Part shown: piece after piece, positions 39,004-48,645 of the stretch
Layout of the letters: each line of letters opens with the position of its first letter
Position numbering within the stretch: the stretch's first letter is position 1
Assembly: GCA_963663225.1 (NCBI GenBank)
Contig: OY760142.1
Coordinates: 2,944,001 to 3,008,000 of the forward strand
DNA: 64,000 bases
DNA from: Nitrospirota bacterium
GTDB taxonomy: Bacteria; Nitrospirota; UBA9217
Direction of reading: 5' to 3'
Translations under genes and position numbers: made by a program
The notes under the pieces: generated by a model
What the model was told of the DNA's origin: nothing
The model's input: the letters and a program-made list of their open reading frames with translations, nothing else
Databases searched by the model: none

Positions 39004-40178
39004 GCGCCCCCCTTTCTGCCGATTACAATGGCTGCATTGTTGCCGCCGAACGCAAGAGAGGTCGATACAGCATAGGTCCCGCTGATTTGTGTTTTTTCTT
39101 TGATGGGAGCGATCGGAATTGCCTCGTCACGGTTCTGGAAACCCACGCTGGCAGGCAACCATCCATCCCTGAGGCCGGCAGCAGTAAACACCGCTTCTAC
39201 TCCCCCTGCCGCACCGAGGGTGTGTCCGGTGAACCCTTTTGTTGAAAGCATTGCGAGGTCCGCACCGAAAATGTTTGCGAGGACTTTTCCTTCAACAAGG
39301 TCATTGTCCTGCGTCCCGGTGCCGTGCGCATTTACAAAAGCAACTTCAGCCGGTGTTATGCCGGCCTCCTCCAATGCCATGCGGATTGATGCTCTCAGAC
39401 CTGTCCCTTCAGGACTCGGCGCCGTAAGATGATATGCGTCTCCAAAAGATCCATATCCCGCAAGAAAAAGTTCTGATGTGTTCCTTCTTTTTTCCCTTAT
39501 GGATTTTTTTTCGAGGACCATGACTCCCGCGCCTTCGCCCAGATTAAGCCCTTTTCGATCTCGGTCAAAAGGGGCGCATAAATTCATATTGAGAATCCCG
39601 AGAGAGCCGAAGCCGCAGTATGGAATGTGGCTCAACTCGTCCGCTCCTCCGGCAATGGCAATGTCACACAGATCGTTTTTGATCCACGACAATGCCACGC
39701 CGATGGCATCCGTTCCTGATGAACACGCATTTACAACCGTAAGGTTCGGGCCTTTTGCCCCTAATTTTCTTGCAATGGAATCCGACAGGTTTCCTTTCAG
39801 GAAGCGGTCCACTGCCATGAGAGGCGCAGTGCCTTTCGAGCGGTATGTGGTATAGAACCGCAGATCGTTTAGCTGACTTGCAACGGTCGTGCCCATGCAG
39901 ACCCCGACCCGATACGGTGTAAGATCGGCCAAATTTGCTTCACGAAGCGCCTGATCCACGGCAATCAACGCCAAGCTGAGGGTCCTTTGGCCTTCACGAG
40001 AATACGCTTGCGGAATGTCCGGAACTTCAAACACAGGATATTGTAGTACGGACGGAAAAAGAGTTACCGGTCCTGCGTTTCTTCGTCCTGACTCAAAAGA
40101 ATCAAGCGTATCGCGGATATCCTTCCCTGCTGCCGATATCACTCCGAGTCCGGTTATGCGTATGTCAGACTTGGTCAT
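39000..40178 (-). CDS. beta-ketoacyl-ACP synthase (KS3, ApeO/FabF-like)
   Basis: NACSSG (Cys), NAHGTGT (His), KG.TGHTLG (His) and AFGGNN motifs. Confidence 0.92.
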   Translation of the reverse strand: MTKSDIRITGLGVISAAGKDIRDTLDSFESGRRNAGPVTLFPSVLQYPVFEVPDIPQAYSREGQRTLSLALIAVDQALREANLADLTPYRVGVCMGTTVASQLNDLRFYTTYRSKGTAPLMAVDRFLKGNLSDSIARKLGAKGPNLTVVNACSSGTDAIGVALSWIKNDLCDIAIAGGADELSHIPYCGFGSLGILNMNLCAPFDRDRKGLNLGEGAGVMVLEKKSIREKRRNTSELFLAGYGSFGDAYHLTAPSPEGTGLRASIRMALEEAGITPAEVAFVNAHGTGTQDNDLVEGKVLANIFGADLAMLSTKGFTGHTLGAAGGVEAVFTAAGLRDGWLPASVGFQNRDEAIPIAPIKEKTQISGTYAVSTSLAFGGNNAAIVIGRKGGA

Positions 40179-40215
40179 AATTCACTTTTCCTGATAAAAC
40201 CTGATAGGAAAGCCT

Positions 40216-41235
40216 CTAATTACCCACAGACGCCTTTTTCATATAGGACGCTTGATCAGGAACACCTAATAAATCCAGTCCCTGATCGATGGTCACGATT
40301 CGCATCGATGGATAGTTCATGTGTATATACCGTATCATTTCGGCAAGCTGGGTCAATTCATTGTACATCACATAATCGACCCGGGCAGTGGCCCCGCTCA
40401 CCTCGCCGCGGATCAGGTCACCCGGCTGCGGCGTTCCTGAAAAGGGAACAAGATACAGTGAGAAACCGTACACGGGAAACCAGTGCACGGTCACATATCG
40501 GGCGACGGTGCCGGAAGGACTAAGCCTGAGCGTCTCTCCTTTGATAAAGCTGCCCTGTTTGTCCTCCAGTTTTACCTGCGCGTCTATTTCATGCTGATAG
40601 AAAATAAGCCAGTTCTTGTTTGTAAATGCGGCGTCGATGTGTTCTTTCATGCGGGCGACATCATGTTTCATGGAAAACGACTTCAGAAAATATGGATCTG
40701 ACACGTCCGCATTCAGTGAATTCGCGCCTCCCCGTGCCGACCGGTAATACTTTCTTGCGATTGATCTGACCATCTCATTGTTTTTGTTGAATGGATAAAC
40801 AAGGTTCTTCACCGGCAATCCCAGACGATCCAGTTCCGCTTTGGATGCCGACAACTCGGCTTCAATTTCTTCCGGAGACAGAGAATTTAAGTTCGGATGG
40901 GAAACCGTATGGCTCAGAATTTCCCAGCCCGCATCACGAAGGTCGCGAATTTGTGCCGGAGTCATATGGTCCTGCGTATTGACCCATCCGGTAGTAATCG
41001 CCGAGCACGCAACGGCACCGTGGTCGGAAAAAATTTTTTTCCCTACAAGATGGTCGGTGTCGTCTCCGTCGTCGAAAACAAATGTCACCAAAGGGAGCCC
41101 ATTTCCGGCAAAAGACTTCACGCCGGAAGAAACGGTTTTCCCGCACGAGCACAACAGGAAAAAGACCGACGCAAGCAAAAAAAACCGTTTTATGACCGTG
41201 GCGTTGCGATCAGGATGTCTTTTTCCTGTTTTCAT
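40216..41235 (-). CDS. polysaccharide deacetylase (CE4/NodB-like) lipoprotein
   Basis: Lipobox LCSC; TFVFDDG, GWEI.SHT.SH..L and YPF motifs; start uncertain. Confidence 0.8.
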   Translation of the reverse strand: MKTGKRHPDRNATVIKRFFLLASVFFLLCSCGKTVSSGVKSFAGNGLPLVTFVFDDGDDTDHLVGKKIFSDHGAVACSAITTGWVNTQDHMTPAQIRDLRDAGWEILSHTVSHPNLNSLSPEEIEAELSASKAELDRLGLPVKNLVYPFNKNNEMVRSIARKYYRSARGGANSLNADVSDPYFLKSFSMKHDVARMKEHIDAAFTNKNWLIFYQHEIDAQVKLEDKQGSFIKGETLRLSPSGTVARYVTVHWFPVYGFSLYLVPFSGTPQPGDLIRGEVSGATARVDYVMYNELTQLAEMIRYIHMNYPSMRIVTIDQGLDLLGVPDQASYMKKASVGN

Positions 41236-41494
41236 AAACGTAATTTGCAATGGTATTGATGGAATAAAAAATCTCTTTGCCCTGGTCCATATTTTTTACT
41301 TCCAGACCGAAATTGCGCTGCAGCAAAACGACGATTTCCACGGCATCGAGCGAGTCCAGGCCGAGTCCTTCTCCAAAAAGCACCTCATCATCCTTAATGT
41401 CTTCAGGCTTGACGTCCTCGAGAGACAGATCCTTCACGATCATCTCCTTCAGATTTTTTCGGATTGCTGCAAGCTCTTGTTCTTTATTTTCCAT
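41210..41494 (-). CDS. acyl carrier protein (ACP2, ApeE-like)
   Basis: LFGEGLGLDSLDAVE; AAGGAG RBS. Confidence 0.93.
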   Translation of the reverse strand: MENKEQELAAIRKNLKEMIVKDLSLEDVKPEDIKDDEVLFGEGLGLDSLDAVEIVVLLQRNFGLEVKNMDQGKEIFYSINTIANYVYENRKKTS

Positions 41495-41524
41495 ACTATG
41501 CTCCTTTAGGATAGCAATGATATA

Positions 41525-42430
41525 TCAGGTATTGGATTTCCAGATGTCGCGAAAAACAAACCATTGAAACGGATATTGCCTTACATACTCCTCAAGAACT
41601 CGGCTGTATTCACGGACTGCCGCTTGTATCGCATTTTTTTTTGCTTCGCCTCTGCCCGTGGGAGGCAAAATCACGTGAGAGACGTCGACGATATATTTTT
41701 TCGGTCCTGTTTTAGCAGACAACAGGACTACGACAGGGCATTCAGCTGCGGCGGCAATGCTGAATGCCCCATAGGGAAACTGCACGCTTTCACCCAGAAA
41801 TGACGCATCAACGGCACTGTATCCGTACGTCCTGTCTCCCATGATTGAAACCAGATTGCCCTGATGAATGGCCTGGATCGCTTCAACCACCCCACCGAGG
41901 GCAGTATCGGTAAAAATAATTTTAACAAGCTCTCGTTCGTTGTCGATATGAAGGGCATTCTTGACTGCGTCATTGTCCTCCGGCCTCATCATCAGATAGA
42001 CGGTTCGTTCGAACTTCTTCAGCGCCGTCATGGTGACCTGCCAGTTCCCGACATGCGCAGTCAGAACAATAAAACCTTTGTTCTGCCTGGCCAATAGGTC
42101 GCGAATTTTGTCATGTCCCAGCAGCTCCATTTCGATATCGCCGCATCCCAGCGACAAGGCATATCGGTCAATCAGATTTTTTCCCTGACTGACAAACAAC
42201 CGGTACACCGAAAGCAGCTGCCTCCCTGCCCCATAATCCGGAAATCGCCTCTCAGCATACGCACGGGCGGCTAAAACCACAGGACGATCTACAATAAGAT
42301 AATACAGGGCGACGAAGTAGAGGAAACCGTACGCCCCCCGCAGTCCGAATATTCTTACTGCCAGATGAAAAAACCAAAAACCCAGACGGTTGCCGCGCTT
42401 CCGCTCAACAGTGCTCTTTTGTAGAGACAT
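41525..42430 (-). CDS. LPLAT family acyltransferase (lipid A lauroyltransferase-like; ApeJ C-terminal half)
   Basis: AHVGNW, V.IMGDR, FLG....FP.G.F and YPFQWF.F.DIW motifs. Confidence 0.85.
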   Translation of the reverse strand: MSLQKSTVERKRGNRLGFWFFHLAVRIFGLRGAYGFLYFVALYYLIVDRPVVLAARAYAERRFPDYGAGRQLLSVYRLFVSQGKNLIDRYALSLGCGDIEMELLGHDKIRDLLARQNKGFIVLTAHVGNWQVTMTALKKFERTVYLMMRPEDNDAVKNALHIDNERELVKIIFTDTALGGVVEAIQAIHQGNLVSIMGDRTYGYSAVDASFLGESVQFPYGAFSIAAAAECPVVVLLSAKTGPKKYIVDVSHVILPPTGRGEAKKNAIQAAVREYSRVLEEYVRQYPFQWFVFRDIWKSNT

Positions 42431-43607
42431 GAGAATACCTTATTTTTTTGATCGCCGCGGCAGTCAGGTATACGATGGCGCCCATCAACACCGCGGCCAG
42501 CGGCGCAACAAACAGGGAACCGAGAAACCATTCAAAGATGCGGGACGAAAACTCCCTGAAGACCGTTTCGTATGACAAATCCGTCAGCCAGCTGCCATGC
42601 CGCAAATAATACCCCACTTCGATGCATAACGCCGGCATAAAGGGCGGTACGGCCAGATGCTGGACATTCAACGCCACGATTTTGTTCAGATTGAACCGCA
42701 GGGAGACGTAAAAAATGACGATCGAATGCATGAACAAAATCGGGAGCACCGCAATAAACAACCCCACCGCCGCGGACAGCGCCAGGCCTTCCGGGGTCGC
42801 GCTTTCCTGCAGGAGCATTTTCAACACTTTTGCAGGATGTCGCAGGAGCGAAACATCAAAAGCCGACGTATTCTGAACGAGCTTTTTGTGCCTAACCGGC
42901 AGAAGACGCCTTCCGACAAGCATCGTATGAATACGAGCAAGGCGCAAATTATCCAGAATCGGTTTGAAGCTTGAAACCCGTTCTTCCGGCTTCGGGTACA
43001 CAACGTCGATGTCAACCGTTTTAATCGGTATTCCCGCCCATGCAGCCTTTGCCAGCACTTCTGCTTCAAAATCGTATCGAACCCCTTTGAACGGCAACTG
43101 ATTGAGATAGGGAAGCGGATATGCCCGGAAACCGCTCTGACAATCCGGGACAACCTGTCCGGTCTCAACCAGAAGCCAGAAGTTCGCAAACGATCTTCCG
43201 AACCGGCTTGAAAAAGGGACATTTTCCGCAGCAAAATTTCTGTTTCCAACAAGAAGACACGGGTCATCCGTGCGTAAATACGGAAAAAACTTCTTCATGT
43301 CCTGGGGGCAGTGCTGTCCGTCGGCATCGATGGTAATCATAGAGAGAGCGCCTTGTTTCTCGCAGTAATGAGATGCCGTCAATATGGCCTGACCTTTGCC
43401 CAGGTTTTTTTCATGCTTCAGCACAACCACATCAAGATCCGATACCAGCGCTGCGACATCCGCGTCAGTGCTGCCGTCATCCACTACGACCACATGGGGA
43501 AGAACAGCGCGGCATTCCTGCACGATCCGTCGGAGGGTGCTCCCATTATTAAAAACCGGAACGGCACACCAGATGACGTCCAAAGTGAGCGGCTCATGCT
43601 GCTCCAT
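42405..43607 (-). CDS. GT2 glycosyltransferase fused to DUF2062 membrane domain
   Basis: VPVFN, VVDDGSTD, N.GKG.A, TIDADGQH and D.QSGFR.YP motifs; C-terminal TP..LA...AVG TM region. Confidence 0.88.
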   Translation of the reverse strand: MEQHEPLTLDVIWCAVPVFNNGSTLRRIVQECRAVLPHVVVVDDGSTDADVAALVSDLDVVVLKHEKNLGKGQAILTASHYCEKQGALSMITIDADGQHCPQDMKKFFPYLRTDDPCLLVGNRNFAAENVPFSSRFGRSFANFWLLVETGQVVPDCQSGFRAYPLPYLNQLPFKGVRYDFEAEVLAKAAWAGIPIKTVDIDVVYPKPEERVSSFKPILDNLRLARIHTMLVGRRLLPVRHKKLVQNTSAFDVSLLRHPAKVLKMLLQESATPEGLALSAAVGLFIAVLPILFMHSIVIFYVSLRFNLNKIVALNVQHLAVPPFMPALCIEVGYYLRHGSWLTDLSYETVFREFSSRIFEWFLGSLFVAPLAAVLMGAIVYLTAAAIKKIRYSHVSTKEHC

Positions 43608-44964
43608 GCGTCTTTCTCTCCCTCTTTTTTTTACCGGGAAGCAGCAGGTCCCACATGGGCCCCGTATATCCAAGCTTATGCAGCACCTGAAGGCTGCTGT
43701 CATAGCTGTCAGGAGGAAACACACAGTGACGTACGCCTTCAAAAGCCTTTGTCAATGTTTCCTCAAGCCACGTTCTGTCTACAGCCGGAGAAAGATAATA
43801 CACGGGATGCAGCATTCCCGTCTCCGGTGAAATCACCTTTTCCTTGAGGGCTATGCGTTCCAGCGGAGTATTCGGCAAAATACGGATGCCCATGAAAATG
43901 AAAATCACGCTTTTTTTGAGGCCGAGAATATTCCGGATGCCTTCGCGCACCGTGTCTTGTGTTTCTCCCGGGCCTCCGAACATGACGAAATGCGATATTG
44001 CGATATCATGCCGCGCAAACATATCACTGGTCTCTGCGACATCAGCAAACGTAAAACTTTTGCCCATCGCTTTGAGCGTGGCATCGGAAGTTGCATCGGC
44101 CCCGATTTCGGCGGCAACGAACCCCGTTTTTTTCATCCGTTCCACAATCTCGTCGGTCATGCCTTTCGGCTTGAAATATCCGGTCCACGGAAGAACAACA
44201 TTGCGCCGCAGCATTTCGTCAACTATTTCGAGATAAGCGCCTTCGTCGTCATTAAACACCGAATCGACGAAAAAAATATACTTCGCCTTGAATTTGTCCC
44301 GGAGAAGTTCGATATCGTCAACTACCGCGCCGGGCTCCCGCCTGCGAATCTGCGAGCCCTCGAGCAGGGGATAGGTACAGTACACGCATTTATAGGCGCA
44401 CCCGCGCTTCGTCTGGACGGAAGCAATATTGCCGTTATGCAGATAAAACTCGATCAGTTTCTCATCATACCGTGCGGAACAAATCTGATTGCCGGAAAGT
44501 TTCGGCGCGGACGTCAGGATGGATTCCGGAGGATACACTCCGCGCGCGGCATTATTTGCGAATTCAACGATCAGCTCTTCCCCTTCCCCGACGATGCCGT
44601 AATCAGCACCGGTTTTCTGTAAAATCCCTTCGGGAATGAGTGAAAAACCGGCCCCCCCGAGCAGTATTCTGGCATCCGTTGCCGTTCTGACGCTGTCTAC
44701 AATGTCTTTGACATTTTGGATGTAATATCGCTCATTCATGAAGTTCACATTGTCGATATTTCGCACGGATATCCCGACAAGATCAGGTTGTAACCGGAGC
44801 ACTTCATTGCGGACGGCATCAAGCGAATTGCCCTGGTGAAGAAAATCGACCTGGTGGACCTCATGACCGGCTTTGGCAAGAGCAGCGGCAATCATGCTCA
44901 AACCGAGCGGATACACGGGATACGGAGAAATGGTCGTATTTGCGGAAATAAGCATGATTTTCAT
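43594..44964 (-). CDS. lipid-biosynthesis B12-binding radical SAM protein (ladderane-candidate-cluster type)
   Basis: PYPVYPLG, GISVRNIDN, GGAGFS, QTKRGC...C.YCTYP and FVDSVFN motifs; resembles TIGR04072 from memory (HMM not run). Confidence 0.85.
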   Translation of the reverse strand: MKIMLISANTTISPYPVYPLGLSMIAAALAKAGHEVHQVDFLHQGNSLDAVRNEVLRLQPDLVGISVRNIDNVNFMNERYYIQNVKDIVDSVRTATDARILLGGAGFSLIPEGILQKTGADYGIVGEGEELIVEFANNAARGVYPPESILTSAPKLSGNQICSARYDEKLIEFYLHNGNIASVQTKRGCAYKCVYCTYPLLEGSQIRRREPGAVVDDIELLRDKFKAKYIFFVDSVFNDDEGAYLEIVDEMLRRNVVLPWTGYFKPKGMTDEIVERMKKTGFVAAEIGADATSDATLKAMGKSFTFADVAETSDMFARHDIAISHFVMFGGPGETQDTVREGIRNILGLKKSVIFIFMGIRILPNTPLERIALKEKVISPETGMLHPVYYLSPAVDRTWLEETLTKAFEGVRHCVFPPDSYDSSLQVLHKLGYTGPMWDLLLPGKKKRERKTHGAA

Positions 44965-46223
44965 CGTGTCATCTCCGTTTTTTTCTGCGTTCTGCGCCTG
45001 AGGCCGGCATGGCGGTACGTTCCATCAAGCTTTTCTTTCTCAATTACCTTCAGGAACAGCTTCGCCATTTTCAGGTTCTGGCTGCTGTCGCTGTAAAAAC
45101 GGTCCCAGGCATAGTAGTAAAGCTCCTGGAGCCTTTCAGTCGTCATTTTTGCCGGTTGATACACTACTTCCCCGCCGGTATACCGTCTCCAGTCGTTCGT
45201 CAGCACGCGTCCTTCCTTGAGCAAGCGTTCACGGATGGGCGTATGTGGAAACGGGGTCAGGATGGTAAACTCCGCGAGTTCCAGATTGATTTCGAGCAAA
45301 AAATCGACCAGCCGTTTGATATAGTCTTCATCCTGCTCGTCCGTGCCCAGGATAATGGTCCCTTCGACGCCGATGCCGCGTTCATGCAGACGCCGGATCC
45401 TGTTTCTGATATGGTCGGATGTATCAAAAATCGCCTGGTATACATACCAGCAGCCTGCTTCAGCGGCCAGATCCAGAATTTCATCGTCATCCTTGATAGG
45501 ATGACATACCCATTTCTTTTTTAAGGGAATCAGCGCCTTGAAAAGGTCCTTTTCCCATTGGTCGTTCTGGGCCAATGAATTATCCACAAAGAACAAACGG
45601 TTGTTGTCGATGTTTTCGATTTCACGGATCACGTCATCGATAGGACGCGGCCTGAACTCGCGTCCGCCGAGATACGGCGTGCAGCAGGGAAAGCAGTTAA
45701 ATTTGCAGCCTCGTGACGCATGTATCAAATCCACCATCTGCACACCGCGATAATTATAAAGTCTGCGTTTCAGGATGTCCCGTCTCGCGGGGCCTACCAG
45801 CGCTATGTCCGGAAGATTTTTCCGATAGTCATAGACTTTTTTGAGCTGGCCGTTCCTGAAATCGGCAATGACGCGGTCAAAGCGTCCTTCCGTCTCTCCC
45901 AGAAAAACTGAATCAGCATGCAAGGTGGTCTCTTCCGCATGAAGCATGGTCCCGATGCCGCCGAAGAGTACGGGAATTTTCCGTGCACGGTACCTATCCG
46001 CGATTTCCCATCCCCGGGGAATCTGGCACGTCAGCATGCAGGAAATCGCCACGAGATCGACCTGTTCATCAAAATCGATTTCTTCGACATTTTCGTCGGT
46101 AAAAGCCAGCGCAATATCTGGGGGCACTGTTGCTGCAAAACACACGGGACCGTGCGGCGGCAGATGAAACTCCGTCTGACGGTCCAGCTTCGGCCACTTT
46201 GGGTAAAGGAGCTTTATTTTCAC
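44961..46223 (-). CDS. B12-binding radical SAM protein
   Basis: DENVE.IDFD, VLFGG, SRGCKFNCFPC, FFVDN and ILTPFP.T motifs. Confidence 0.88.
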   Translation of the reverse strand: MKIKLLYPKWPKLDRQTEFHLPPHGPVCFAATVPPDIALAFTDENVEEIDFDEQVDLVAISCMLTCQIPRGWEIADRYRARKIPVLFGGIGTMLHAEETTLHADSVFLGETEGRFDRVIADFRNGQLKKVYDYRKNLPDIALVGPARRDILKRRLYNYRGVQMVDLIHASRGCKFNCFPCCTPYLGGREFRPRPIDDVIREIENIDNNRLFFVDNSLAQNDQWEKDLFKALIPLKKKWVCHPIKDDDEILDLAAEAGCWYVYQAIFDTSDHIRNRIRRLHERGIGVEGTIILGTDEQDEDYIKRLVDFLLEINLELAEFTILTPFPHTPIRERLLKEGRVLTNDWRRYTGGEVVYQPAKMTTERLQELYYYAWDRFYSDSSQNLKMAKLFLKVIEKEKLDGTYRHAGLRRRTQKKTEMTR

Positions 46224-46894
46224 GCTGCACCTTTCTTATTGTTCAAAAGTAATAATGCCTGCACCATGTGGGAAAGGTCCGGTTTGTGTTCCAGAAGAGA
46301 TTTGATCGTGTCCGCTTCACAGAAATCTTCATCGGTTTTAACGGGGCTGAATATAAAATATACGGCCTCGTTTTCTTCCGCCTGCCCTCCCAGCATCATC
46401 GAAGCTTCCCGGGCCGCAAACATATCTCCGACCATGTCCATTATCATTGCAAGCGCACTGCCTGCTGCCGAAGCATAGAGAAGCGGGCCGGTAAAACCAA
46501 AATGGATGGCGGCTTCACCCAAAGGGCTTGAAGGAAGTGTATAGATAAACAAATTTGCACGGGATAAAGTCCGTCCGCCTTGGATATAATCCTTGAAATA
46601 TGCCATGTCCGACCGGAGCGAACCCTCGCTGTTTGTTCCGATAATACCGATATCCAGTTTTTTTGAAGGCGCGTATTCGATGCCCGCATCCCGAAGCGCG
46701 AGTGAGGCGGCACATGCGGTCATCCGGGAGATCCGGTCCAGACGCCCGAAATTTTTGAACGGGTAAGCAAATATGTCCTCTTTACCAAGGGACCTGCCCC
46801 CTTGATCATCGGAAAGCGGATGCTGTATCTTTCTTTTTATGCAACCATAACCTGACTTTGTGATCCAGCCTATGCCGTGCACATACATTGTCAT
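46220..46894 (-). CDS. short ketosynthase N-terminal / chain-length-factor-like subunit
   Basis: FGRLD..S and FIYTLPS...GE.AI motifs; no catalytic Cys; follows KS2. Confidence 0.78.
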   Translation of the reverse strand: MTMYVHGIGWITKSGYGCIKRKIQHPLSDDQGGRSLGKEDIFAYPFKNFGRLDRISRMTACAASLALRDAGIEYAPSKKLDIGIIGTNSEGSLRSDMAYFKDYIQGGRTLSRANLFIYTLPSSPLGEAAIHFGFTGPLLYASAAGSALAMIMDMVGDMFAAREASMMLGGQAEENEAVYFIFSPVKTDEDFCEADTIKSLLEHKPDLSHMVQALLLLNNKKGAA

Positions 46895-47047
46895 AAGATT
46901 TTCTCACCCGTGCAAAAAAGGTGACCCGTTGAAAACGGATTACAGCAGTCAAAATAACCCTTTGCGGCAGGGTTGACATTCGTCGTGCAGGCAGCGGCGT
47001 TTTTTGGGAGGCGGACCCGCTTTCAGTGCACGAAAAAAAATGGAAAT

Positions 47048-48166
47048 TCAGGCCAGAACCAGCGCGGTATTCACGCCGCTGAATCCGGCATTCGTTATGA
47101 GTGCCCTGGTGCCCTGGACCGGTTGTTGTTCACCGGATACCCATCCTGCGGCATCGTCGTCAGGATGCTGCAAATTGACCGTGGGCGGTGCAAGTTTCTG
47201 CTGCAGCGCCCGTTGAGCGATGATCATTTCTACCAGACCTGCCGCTCCCATCGTATGGCCGATTCCGCCTTTCAGAGAGTAGACCGGCAGCTTGCGGCCT
47301 TGAAATACCGACCGAAAAGCCCGCATCTCCATGGCATCGTTATATTGGGTGCCGGTACCATGTGCCGCAATAAACCCCACCTCTTCCGGCGAAATTTTTG
47401 CGGCGTGAAGGGCTTTGTTTATGGCCGCGATCAATCCTTCGCTTTCGCGGGAAGGCCCGGTCATATGGTTGGCATCATCGCTCAGTCCCCATCCGGCAAG
47501 CTCACCCAGTACGGTTCTGGCCTCTTTTCTGGCGCGTTCTTCACTCATGACGAGCGCAAATGCCGCAGCTTCACCGACATTCAACCCCGCCCTGTTCTTG
47601 TCGAAAGGACGCGCCGGAACAGCGTCCAGCGCCATAAGCGAAGAAAAACCAGAAAAAATAAACTCCGTCACGCTGTCGCACGCAACGACAAGCACGCAAT
47701 CAGCACGACCGCTCCGGATCATGGCCGCAGCGCGCGCGGCAGCAGCGGATGAGGATGTGCAGGCTGCCGAAATGATCGCGCCTTCCCCTTGTAGCCCTGC
47801 AAGAACGGCAATTTTTTCAAAAAGACGCTCCAGCCTGCTCTCCGCAGGATCGCCGGTCTTTTCCAGAATACTTTTTTCCAGAAAGTCCACTTCGCCTTTG
47901 GTCGTCGCTAGCAGCAGCCGGGAATCATTCGGAATGGATGCATGCCGCTGTTTAAAAAGCAGCGTAAGCATCTGCATTACCAAGGAGGTGTTTCCATGAT
48001 AAACCAGTCCTGGTATTGTACCCGCATACGGGGATTGAAATGCAGTAGCCCTGAACCTGGTCACCGGGGTCACCGCTGTCCGGCCGGTCATGATGCCGTT
48101 CCAGCAGGCATCAATACCCCTCCCGTACGGTGTTATCATATCTGATTCGACAATGACAGCTTTCAT
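47048..48166 (-). CDS. beta-ketoacyl-ACP synthase (KS2)
   Basis: SAACTSS, AHGTGT, KG.IGHT.G and GFSG.N motifs; ATGA overlap with the thioesterase gene. Confidence 0.9.
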   Translation of the reverse strand: MKAVIVESDMITPYGRGIDACWNGIMTGRTAVTPVTRFRATAFQSPYAGTIPGLVYHGNTSLVMQMLTLLFKQRHASIPNDSRLLLATTKGEVDFLEKSILEKTGDPAESRLERLFEKIAVLAGLQGEGAIISAACTSSSAAAARAAAMIRSGRADCVLVVACDSVTEFIFSGFSSLMALDAVPARPFDKNRAGLNVGEAAAFALVMSEERARKEARTVLGELAGWGLSDDANHMTGPSRESEGLIAAINKALHAAKISPEEVGFIAAHGTGTQYNDAMEMRAFRSVFQGRKLPVYSLKGGIGHTMGAAGLVEMIIAQRALQQKLAPPTVNLQHPDDDAAGWVSGEQQPVQGTRALITNAGFSGVNTALVLA

Positions 48167-48645
48167 GAACGACGAAGGAACTCTCCTGTCCTCCACCTGT
48201 CTCTGCACCGTTCAAGCATTGCCGGTGAGAGAATCGCGGGTTTACCGGTTTTATGGTCCGTAAAAAGCTGGACGGTATATCCGCTTGTGGCCAGTGTTCC
48301 GTCTTGCTTTATTACCTGGAATTCCGTATTCAGTCTTGCGCCCTCGTGCCAGATGAGGGATGCCCTTACAGTAAACTCTTCATCAAGGAAAAGCGGCTGA
48401 AAATAATCAATATGGAGTTCTACAATGGGGGCGCGCAGCCCGGCTTCAAAAAAATCCTTATACGACATGCCGCATCGCCTGCCGAGTTCTTCCGAGGCTT
48501 CCTCGAACAAGAGCGGATATCTTCCATGCCACATGATCGCCATGGGATCCGCCTCATTAAAATGAACGCGGTGCCTGACCTCAACACGAACGGGTTCAGG
48601 GGAGCCCGGCATCCGCTCAAAATATTGTTTTTGTCTTCTTCTCAT
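48163..48645 (-). CDS. hotdog acyl-CoA/ACP thioesterase (ApeK/4HBT-like)
   Basis: F.E.D.M.I.WHG.Y...FE motif. Confidence 0.88.
   Translation of the reverse strand: MRRRQKQYFERMPGSPEPVRVEVRHRVHFNEADPMAIMWHGRYPLLFEEASEELGRRCGMSYKDFFEAGLRAPIVELHIDYFQPLFLDEEFTVRASLIWHEGARLNTEFQVIKQDGTLATSGYTVQLFTDHKTGKPAILSPAMLERCRDRWRTGEFLRRS

Noticed and set aside
46973-47752. 259-aa plus-strand ORF
   Set aside because: Antisense shadow of KS2; long open antisense frames are common for KS genes. The same applies to the other plus-strand ORFs across 32-63 kb.
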